Shown here: positions 57,543-64,000 of the stretch, one piece after another | How positions within the stretch are numbered: position 1 is the stretch's first letter | Layout: each line of letters begins with the position of its first letter | IMG/VR virus record: IMGVR_UViG_3300032312_001355 | Location: 1-64,000 of that record | Reading direction: 5' to 3' (one strand) | DNA length: 64,000 nucleotides | Origin: a virus | Taxonomy: Duplodnaviria; Caudoviricetes | Position numbers and translations under genes: made by a program | Notes under the pieces: model-generated | What the model saw: the letters and a program-made list of their open reading frames with translations, nothing else | Told to the model about the DNA's origin: nothing | Databases searched by the model: none

Positions 57543-57885
57543 TAATGTAAATAACACAGTTCCCCCTGTTAATGAATATATGAAACAGACTTCTGATACC
57601 CCGCATCGAGTAGAGGCTCTTCGTGAAGCTGCTCGAATTACTACACAAGACAGAAATGCTAACTATGGCGGACCAGAAGAAAACTTTACAAGAACTGCAA
57701 AAATCTGGTCTGTAATTCTTGGACAAGAGATTACAAACGAGCAGGTTGCAATGATGATGGTTGGTTTAAAGATGGCACGTTTTGCCCATGGGTCTGGCTT
57801 CCAACCAGATACTTGGATAGACATTGCTGGATATGCAGGATGCGGATATGAAGTAGGAAAGATAGAGTCAGAAAAACTTAAATAG
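57535..57885 (+). CDS. DUF6378-family protein
   Basis: L.EAA....DRNANYG.PEENF..A..WS..V..MM..LK.AR..D.W.DIAGYA. Confidence 0.8.
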   Translation: MSDNVNNTVPPVNEYMKQTSDTPHRVEALREAARITTQDRNANYGGPEENFTRTAKIWSVILGQEITNEQVAMMMVGLKMARFAHGSGFQPDTWIDIAGYAGCGYEVGKIESEKLK

Positions 57886-57901
57886 TTTCTTGGAGGGGAA
57901 C

Positions 57902-58198
57902 ATGTCCGAGCTTGTGCCACCTTGGAAATATGAACAACCGCTCTGTGCTGAGATAGGCGCAGAGCTGTTTTATATTGAAGATAAAGATGAAATAGTTGTT
58001 GGCCAAAGACTTAATGCTTATGTTGAAGCTAAAAAAATATGTTCATCATGTGCTCACATAGTTGAGTGCGGTCAATGGGCTATAAAAAATGAAAAGCATG
58101 GGTTTTGGGGAGGATATTCTCCAGAAGAAAGAAAACAAATAAGAGGTAAATTAAATATAATACTTACAGAAGATATGACGTTTGCTTTAAAAGAGTAG
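57902..58198 (+). CDS. whiB: WhiB-family transcription factor
   Basis: LCAE..LFY..AKKICSSC..EC..A..GFWGG....ER. Confidence 0.9.
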   Translation: MSELVPPWKYEQPLCAEIGAELFYIEDKDEIVVGQRLNAYVEAKKICSSCAHIVECGQWAIKNEKHGFWGGYSPEERKQIRGKLNIILTEDMTFALKE

Positions 58199-58207
58199 AC
58201 TGTTGTC

Positions 58208-58501
58208 ATGGCTGCTGAACCAGTAATTAGTCCCGTGCCCATTTGTGAGGCATGTTGGATGGAAAACCATGCTCGGTGGGAGCCAGAAAGTATGGACAAG
58301 ACTGGTCGCATAATAATGCGTCTTAAAGGCGTAGATGTGCCTAATAAAGTTAACAACGGGTCTGTTGAAGTCTGTGCTATGTGCGGAGCTGTAACAATAG
58401 CTGGAATATTTGAAATGAAACTTACTAGCGAAATGTATTTTTTGGATCAGCAGAGTCCAGATTTTGAGCTTAATATTAACCCTGAAGATGATCAAATATA
58501 A
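58208..58501 (+). CDS. Zinc-binding hypothetical protein, leaderless
   Basis: ICEACW and CAMCG; -10 TAGACT 58196-58201. Confidence 0.7.
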   Translation: MAAEPVISPVPICEACWMENHARWEPESMDKTGRIIMRLKGVDVPNKVNNGSVEVCAMCGAVTIAGIFEMKLTSEMYFLDQQSPDFELNINPEDDQI

Positions 58502-58510
58502 GGTAGGTAT

Positions 58511-58846
58511 ATGAGAAGCGATAGACCAGGAGACTTTCTTTGGGAAGAATGGGAAGGATCTGGATATGACCCACAGGTAGATTGCTCAGTTATTTATTAC
58601 ACCTTTGAACATATTGATTTAGAGAATGACTTAGTAAGAAGAGCTTTAGCTTCTGCTCTACAAAGAGATGGGGTAGCAATCTCTCTTGGAGATGGGTTTA
58701 ATTTAATTGACAAGTGCTCCCCAAATTATGGGTGGACTGGAATAATAGAAGATGAAGAAGATTATGTAGTTTGCGATGAATTAGGTGAAACAGAGTATGG
58801 GGAGTTTGTAGATTCCATCCTTCCTGCAACTTGGATAGAGATATAA
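58511..58846 (+). CDS. Acidic hypothetical protein
   Basis: RBS AGGTAGG; ORF track. Confidence 0.7.
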   Translation: MRSDRPGDFLWEEWEGSGYDPQVDCSVIYYTFEHIDLENDLVRRALASALQRDGVAISLGDGFNLIDKCSPNYGWTGIIEDEEDYVVCDELGETEYGEFVDSILPATWIEI

Positions 58847-58907
58847 TTTTTTAATAAATATAGTGTCATAGACGATATTTTTATAATTTATAGTCTACTA
58901 TAGTTAT

Positions 58908-59432
58908 GTGTGGAAACCAGCGGAAAATCTTAATTGGCAGTCAGAGGCTACTTGCGCCAAGCCTTCTAATAGATACGCTTTAGACTGGTTTTTCTCTAAA
59001 GACTTTAAAGAAAAATATGCGGCTAAGAACATGTGCTTTACCTGTCCTGTGCGCTCAGAATGCCTTCAGTGGGCTCTAGAGCATCGGCAAATCTGGGGTA
59101 TCTGGGGCGGTAGAGATGAAGTTGATATTCGTAGAGCTCTATCTGTGTCTTATAACGGTGAAGAAACAAGGCGCCGCAGATTTCCTAACTGTCCTTACTG
59201 CACAGCTAGACCTTCAAAACTAGAAACATCTATTGAGCAACTTCCTAATGGAGGACGATGGACAACAGCAAAAGTTGTTACATGCACAGAGTGTGGTTTT
59301 GCTTGGAGAAGTCGTACTAGTGCAAATGCAGTTGAAGCTTACAAAGCAGATCGTGTAGAAAAGACTAGTAAGAAAACTAAATCTAAAAAATCTTCCTCGT
59401 CCAAACTTGCAACCCCTGCTCAAGAACAGTAA
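58908..59432 (+). CDS. whiB: WhiB-family factor fused to a C-terminal zinc ribbon
   Basis: ATC..WFFS..AK.MCFTCPVR.ECL.WAL..GIWGG, then CPYC...CTECGF.W. Confidence 0.88.
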   Translation: MWKPAENLNWQSEATCAKPSNRYALDWFFSKDFKEKYAAKNMCFTCPVRSECLQWALEHRQIWGIWGGRDEVDIRRALSVSYNGEETRRRRFPNCPYCTARPSKLETSIEQLPNGGRWTTAKVVTCTECGFAWRSRTSANAVEAYKADRVEKTSKKTKSKKSSSSKLATPAQEQ

Positions 59433-59958
59433 CTTTATTTGCATAAGAAATTAAAAATGCATCAACTCCTGTTTTAGGTTGATCCATTATAGGTAGAGAA
59501 GCTCCCCACATATAATCATCAAAGGCAAGTATTCCTCCGTTATTTAGACAGGAGTACCCGTCTAAGCCATCTCTAAGAGCCCAGATTGCATGATGATCTG
59601 CATCTACATAGACAAACTCATATCTTTTATCATTTGACTTAAAGAATTCTTTAGTTGTCATTTTCTTTTTTATTAGTTGACCTGAAGCAAGATAAGGTCT
59701 TAATTTTTGATCATAAGTATCTTCTACGCTTTTCCAGTCCATATCCATATGCTCTTCTTCTTCAGAGCCTTCCCATGTATCAACATCTGTCAAAGTTGAT
59801 TCTGGATGAGTGAGAACATTGTCAAAAAGCCAAGCAGAAGCGTCTCCTGTATATGCTCCTAGCTGAAGAAAATCTACTTTTACATCTTTATACTTAGGTA
59901 GAAATTTAGAAAAGTTGTGGATTGCTCCACCCTCGATAAACCAATTAGGGTATGTCAT
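59383..59958 (-). CDS. Class I SAM-dependent methyltransferase (Methyltransf_24-like)
   Basis: FLQLGAYTG.S..DVDTW..FVYVDADH..GGILAFDDY. Confidence 0.85.
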   Translation of the reverse strand: MTYPNWFIEGGAIHNFSKFLPKYKDVKVDFLQLGAYTGDASAWLFDNVLTHPESTLTDVDTWEGSEEEEHMDMDWKSVEDTYDQKLRPYLASGQLIKKKMTTKEFFKSNDKRYEFVYVDADHHAIWALRDGLDGYSCLNNGGILAFDDYMWGASLPIMDQPKTGVDAFLISYANKVTVLEQGLQVWTRKIF

Positions 59959-61016
59959 GCTTTCTGCTCACAGAAGGCCAAGTTATTAGCAAGTCTTTCC
60001 TTGTGCTCTGGAGTAGCAATTTCTAAGGCGTTTCTAGCATGAACAACTGCATCTTGATATCTACCTAAATTGTAAGCAGCAATGGCTGCCATATCGTGTG
60101 GTGTGTAGCCCCAAGCCTCTGCTTCGCAGAGATACTCCATAGGCTTAACAGTAATAGCTAAAGCTTGAGTTGCTATGTCATAACACTCTTCCCACTTACC
60201 GACTGAGTAGTAGTACTGAGCTAGATCGACATATGCTTCTCTGCGTTCTGGAGCTTCCTTTATTGCCATAGTAAACCACAGCTCTGCATCTTCTTTAGAT
60301 ATCTTTCCAATAAAACGCATTGATGCTGAACGCTCTGGTGCCCACTTTGCGGTGTGTAATTGTAAGTGACGCTTAAACTCTTCTTTTGCTTCATCAAATC
60401 TGTTGTAGAAATATAGCTCTCTTGCATAGTAAAAAGCATTTCTATCATCGTATGGATCTTCTTCTACAGAAATTTTTAGCAAATCTAAATACTGTCCTCT
60501 TGACTTTGTGTTATCTGCGTGGTGCTCCATAACTGCTTGAGTCCAGTATTGAACTTCTTGCATGCGGTCAGGAACTAAAACTTCATGTACTGGGTGCTTC
60601 CAACGGTATCCATGACGAGCATGGATTTTGTCTCCACCAAAGGTAAGTCCTGGAGTTCCGTCTTCATTCCAATTCCAAGTGTAGTTATATCTAGGACGAG
60701 TTGCTCCCGAGTCAAAAGCTTTTTGAAGTTCTGCTTTCCATCCCGGCAACATGATCTCGTCCATATCTAAAGGGATGCAGTAATCAATATCGGCTGGAAG
60801 TAGTCCTAAAGAAACGTTTCTTGCTTGATCAAAACGCCAAGGTCTTACACAGATAGACACAACATTAATTCCTAAAGCAAGAGCTTTTTCAACAGTCTTA
60901 TCTGTTGACCCTGTGTCGGCAATTAGTAAGTAGTCTGCCTCATCTTTGACAGAGTTGTACCAAGTCTCAACAAATTTTTCCTCGTTGAGGGCTATTGTGT
61001 AAACTGCTACTTTCAT
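59955..61016 (-). CDS. Family 2 glycosyltransferase with C-terminal TPRs
   Basis: YTIALNEE..ADTGSTD.T..WRFD.ARN..LDMDE; TPR-like D.R..FYYARE..P.RREA. Confidence 0.88.
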   Translation of the reverse strand: MKVAVYTIALNEEKFVETWYNSVKDEADYLLIADTGSTDKTVEKALALGINVVSICVRPWRFDQARNVSLGLLPADIDYCIPLDMDEIMLPGWKAELQKAFDSGATRPRYNYTWNWNEDGTPGLTFGGDKIHARHGYRWKHPVHEVLVPDRMQEVQYWTQAVMEHHADNTKSRGQYLDLLKISVEEDPYDDRNAFYYARELYFYNRFDEAKEEFKRHLQLHTAKWAPERSASMRFIGKISKEDAELWFTMAIKEAPERREAYVDLAQYYYSVGKWEECYDIATQALAITVKPMEYLCEAEAWGYTPHDMAAIAAYNLGRYQDAVVHARNALEIATPEHKERLANNLAFCEQKA

Positions 61017-61216
61017 ATAGTTTCCTTTTCTACAGTTGAACCGTTGTATAAAGGAAATACATCTTTCAATAACACTTGTCTTTTAGTGACGTATCCTCCT
61101 TCTTTATCTAGTTTTTCTTCAGCAGATTCTCTGTTTTCAGCTAGAACTTGAACAACCATTAGGACCTCGTATGAGTAGCATGAGGTTTCTTTAGCGTTTG
61201 ATACGTCTTTTGTCAT
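61013..61216 (-). CDS. Hypothetical protein
   Basis: RBS AGGAG; coupled to the GT gene. Confidence 0.65.
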   Translation of the reverse strand: MTKDVSNAKETSCYSYEVLMVVQVLAENRESAEEKLDKEGGYVTKRQVLLKDVFPLYNGSTVEKETI

Positions 61217-61339
61217 AAATTCTCCTAAAAAGTCTTTCTACATTAGCAGTTATGGTATTTCAGGAATAATCCTATCCTATCCTTACAGAAAATGCTAGAT
61301 ACTTCAATAGATATCTTTGACTTCTTTAGAGGACCTTGT

Positions 61340-61636
61340 CTATAAATTGATTAAATATTCAGATTCTTCTTGCGTGATTGCGATGTTGTTTAGCACTTTT
61401 ATTCTAGCTTTTTCGATTGCTCGTTGTCTTAGCTCTTCGGGTGTGAACTCACGCACTGACCAAACAGTGGCCCAAACGCCTTCAACCAATTCGGGTGCGA
61501 GTTCAAATGCAACTTCATTTTCGCCCGCAACTGGCGCTTCAGTTTGCACGACTTCTGCCCAATTTGCACTCGGGTCCAAATCCACATCGCCTTGATAGCG
61601 TGGGTACTCAAGCGTGTCTGTGTTAATGAATAGCAT
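61340..61636 (-). CDS. Small fibre-associated protein
   Basis: YPRY.GD..P..W.EV..W..VW.VR..T.EE; follows the propeller gene. Confidence 0.7.
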   Translation of the reverse strand: MLFINTDTLEYPRYQGDVDLDPSANWAEVVQTEAPVAGENEVAFELAPELVEGVWATVWSVREFTPEELRQRAIEKARIKVLNNIAITQEESEYLINL

Positions 61637-61644
61637 GCCAGCTC

Positions 61645-62943
61645 CTAGATTAGTGTTCGTGCTGTGGTTAGTGTTTCGGCAGTGTTGCTGTATGAGTAAC
61701 TTGTTGTACCATAATTAAATGCAGAGTCTGCGTACGAGATTGTTGCTCTAGACAGAGTTCCAGCGGATTCTGTTGCTGAAGAAGCTGCGTAGGCGTTCGT
61801 CAAAGAGCCAACTGTGTATGTTCCAGTCTTTGAACCATCATCTGGCAACTTTGCGATGTGTGGTGCTTCGTACGTGCTAACAATAGCCGACGAGCTGATG
61901 TACATGCAGTTGTTTTTTAAAGCACCAATATTGGACGCTGTCACATTTGTTAATGAACGCTGCCATTGAATGTTGCCAGACGAATCAAACCTTGCAATAA
62001 AACCTCGGTCGCTGTTTGTAGTTCCAGCAACAAACACATTGCCGCCGCTGTGCAAAGCTACTGACACAAGGCGTGTGTCACTCGCTATTTTTCTCTGCCA
62101 TGTAATGTTGCCACTGGAATCAAGCTTTACAACGTGTGATGTGTAGCTGCCAGAAGAACCACCGCTAAGCACTGCGTACACGTTTCCACTCGAGTCAACT
62201 ACACATTCATGGCAGGTGGTTGTGTTTCCGCTGTCTGTGAAACCCCATTGGCTTTGAATGGTGCCAGATGTGTTGTACTTTATAATAAGCGGCAGATATG
62301 CGCCCGTTGCATTGGTGTCGCCACAAACGAAAACATTCGAAGACGAGTCAGTAGTAATATGGCCAGCGTTTGACCAAGCACTTGTGCTGCCGTAACGCCT
62401 CTGCCATTGTAGAACACCAGACGAGTTACTTTTTGATGTTACGATACCGAACCCAGTACCGTTGTATCCGCTAAGGGCTGATATGTAGATGTTTCCAGAT
62501 GAATCAACCGTTGCTGATCTTGGGTACGAGTTGCCACCATCATTCCAACGCAACCAACTCGTTGAATTAAAAGTGCCGTCTGTATTTAACAATGACATGG
62601 CGATTGACTGAGCACCAGAGATGTCTGGTGCGCTAATTAAACGGACGTTGTTGCTTGTGTCAATAGCGAAAGTGACACCGAACTCATACGCAGCACTAAC
62701 AGTCTCGGCACCATACCTTGACCATTGAACCACGCCGTTATTGTCATACTTTGAGAAGCCAGTGTTCAGAGCGCCACTTACATCTCTCTGGTACGTTCTA
62801 TAGAGGTAGTCGTTTCCGTCAATTTTAAGTGCTTCGAATTGATTGCCCATATTGCTAGAGCCAGTCGTGGTGTAAGCCAAGAAAAGTTTCTGTGCATTCG
62901 GACCGCTTTGTTGAGAAGCAATAATTCCAATGATTGGTGTCAT
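61645..62943 (-). CDS. Beta-propeller virion protein (repeated DSSGNxY..G..K....G..QW)
   Basis: About 6 repeats; N-terminal IIGIIAS. Confidence 0.8.
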   Translation of the reverse strand: MTPIIGIIASQQSGPNAQKLFLAYTTTGSSNMGNQFEALKIDGNDYLYRTYQRDVSGALNTGFSKYDNNGVVQWSRYGAETVSAAYEFGVTFAIDTSNNVRLISAPDISGAQSIAMSLLNTDGTFNSTSWLRWNDGGNSYPRSATVDSSGNIYISALSGYNGTGFGIVTSKSNSSGVLQWQRRYGSTSAWSNAGHITTDSSSNVFVCGDTNATGAYLPLIIKYNTSGTIQSQWGFTDSGNTTTCHECVVDSSGNVYAVLSGGSSGSYTSHVVKLDSSGNITWQRKIASDTRLVSVALHSGGNVFVAGTTNSDRGFIARFDSSGNIQWQRSLTNVTASNIGALKNNCMYISSSAIVSTYEAPHIAKLPDDGSKTGTYTVGSLTNAYAASSATESAGTLSRATISYADSAFNYGTTSYSYSNTAETLTTARTLI

Positions 62944-64000
62944 TAAGAAACATCTCCGCTTGCGTACCAGAGATCCGTTCCCGCTTTGATCAAAGTCATA
63001 GCAGAGTAGCGAACTCTTGTTTTAGGAGTAGCAGCTGTTCCACCTGTTGATAGAATAGTAACTCCAGAATCACCTTGCACGGTTACTTGTCCTGTACCAA
63101 TTTGAATAAGGTTAATTAAACTTCCAATTGGATATGCAACGCTTGAGTTCAAAGGAATTGTGTATGTCTGAGCACTTGCATTCGATGCAGTAACTAGATC
63201 ATCACGATCTGCTAAAACAAAAGTATATGTTGTTCCTGTTTGTGCATTGATTGCTTCAATACCGCCAGCACCAGTTGGTCCTGTTACACCAGTGGCTCCA
63301 GTAGGTCCAGTTGCACCCGTAGGTCCTGTAACACTTGGACCTGTAGGTCCTGTAGGTCCCGTAACTGTTGACGCCGCTCCTGTAGGACCTGTAACACTTG
63401 CACCAGTTGGACCTGTTGGTCCTGTTGGCCCAGTAGGGCCTCCCGATGGACCAGTTGGTCCTGTAATGGATGCACCAGTAGGACCTGTTGGTCCCGTAGC
63501 TCCCACTGCACCAGTAGGTCCTGTAACAAATGAAGCTGCACCTGTTGGTCCTGTTGGCCCAGTAGGGCCAGTGACAGTTGAAGCAGGACCCGTAGGTCCC
63601 GTTGGGCCTCCCGATGGACCAGTTGGTCCTGTCGCACCAGTAGGTCCAGTTACTGAAGCGCCAGTCGCGCCTGTAGCACCTACAGGTCCTGTAGGCCCTG
63701 AAGGACCAACAAAAGGTCCAGAGCTTACCCACGCTGAGTTTTGAGCATCCCAGATATAAAGATTTGGTGAAACTAAATACGCTTGTCCTGCTGTACCAGT
63801 TGGATTATCTGCTTGAAGTAGTTCAAGAGTTGCATATGAACCTAAAACAGAGATTCCAGAACCAGCAGGTCCAGTAGTGCCAGTAGGACCAGTAGGCCCT
63901 GCACCGCCAGTAGGACCTGTAGGTCCTGTAGCAGCAATAGTAGATACAGTTCTAAATCCACTTCCTGTGTATACACCTACTGCATCAGAGGAACTGTTAA
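62943..64000 (-). CDS. Collagen-like (GPT)n fibre protein, 5'-truncated by the window edge
   Basis: Frame is open from 63998 to the stop at 62943; long GPT/GAT runs; C-terminal [14 protein letters not shown]...Q.G.GQVT domain. Confidence 0.9.
   Translation of the reverse strand, partial: NSSSDAVGVYTGSGFRTVSTIAATGPTGPTGGAGPTGPTGTTGPAGSGISVLGSYATLELLQADNPTGTAGQAYLVSPNLYIWDAQNSAWVSSGPFVGPSGPTGPVGATGATGASVTGPTGATGPTGPSGGPTGPTGPASTVTGPTGPTGPTGAASFVTGPTGAVGATGPTGPTGASITGPTGPSGGPTGPTGPTGPTGASVTGPTGAASTVTGPTGPTGPSVTGPTGATGPTGATGVTGPTGAGGIEAINAQTGTTYTFVLADRDDLVTASNASAQTYTIPLNSSVAYPIGSLINLIQIGTGQVTVQGDSGVTILSTGGTAATPKTRVRYSAMTLIKAGTDLWYASGDVS

Noticed and set aside
63247-63744. Alternative-frame and antisense ORFs over the collagen gene
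   Set aside because: By-products of GGN-CCN-ACN repeats lacking stop codons; the real frame runs 63998 to 62943
1-64000. tRNA, tmRNA or rRNA genes; reverse transcriptase, DGR or retron; integrase
   Set aside because: No cloverleaf with T-loop/CCA signature, RT YxDD domain or recombinase motifs recognised by eye; tRNAscan and HMM searches would be needed to exclude divergent cases

Overview
A 64-kb segment of a low-GC (roughly 40%, estimated by eye) lytic siphovirus infecting an Actinobacterium, probably a freshwater low-GC lineage. The host call rests on two WhiB genes, several leaderless genes, and a structural module of the mycobacteriophage cluster-B type (portal, multidomain maturation protease, separate hexamer and pentamer capsid genes). 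Layout: (1) 1-10.2 kb early/accessory region of short promoter-RBS-ORF-terminator cassettes punctuated by 13 copies of a 21-bp motif, with a proteasome-beta/HslV-like protease, an HNH nuclease, a lysozyme-like transglycosylase and a PG-binding protein; (2) 10.2-10.55 kb AT-rich origin-like region; (3) 10.7-48.9 kb head and tail genes, including a 3613-aa polyvalent protein in which I found no cysteine (DEDDh exonuclease, UvrD-like helicase, ArdC ssDNA-binding/zincin, second HExxH domain) between portal and protease; (4) 49-59.4 kb replication/recombination genes (PolA, RuvC-like, SNF2, Cas4-like, AAA, DUF669 SSB), a GT-B-like protein, DUF6378 and two WhiB; (5) 59.4-64 kb minus-strand methyltransferase, GT2-TPR, beta-propeller and collagen-like fibre. 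Top leads: a ~105-nt three-hairpin intergenic RNA (3618-3724) whose loops (UUCCCU, UUCCCU, CUCCCUA) are exact complements of the AGGGAA/UAGGGAG ribosome-binding motif of the early genes, suggesting an RNA-based early-gene shut-off; the giant, probably injected, polyvalent protein; and the repeat-delimited early cassette array. No terminase, primase, integrase, tRNA or CRISPR array was recognised. All family assignments come from motif recognition, not database searches.
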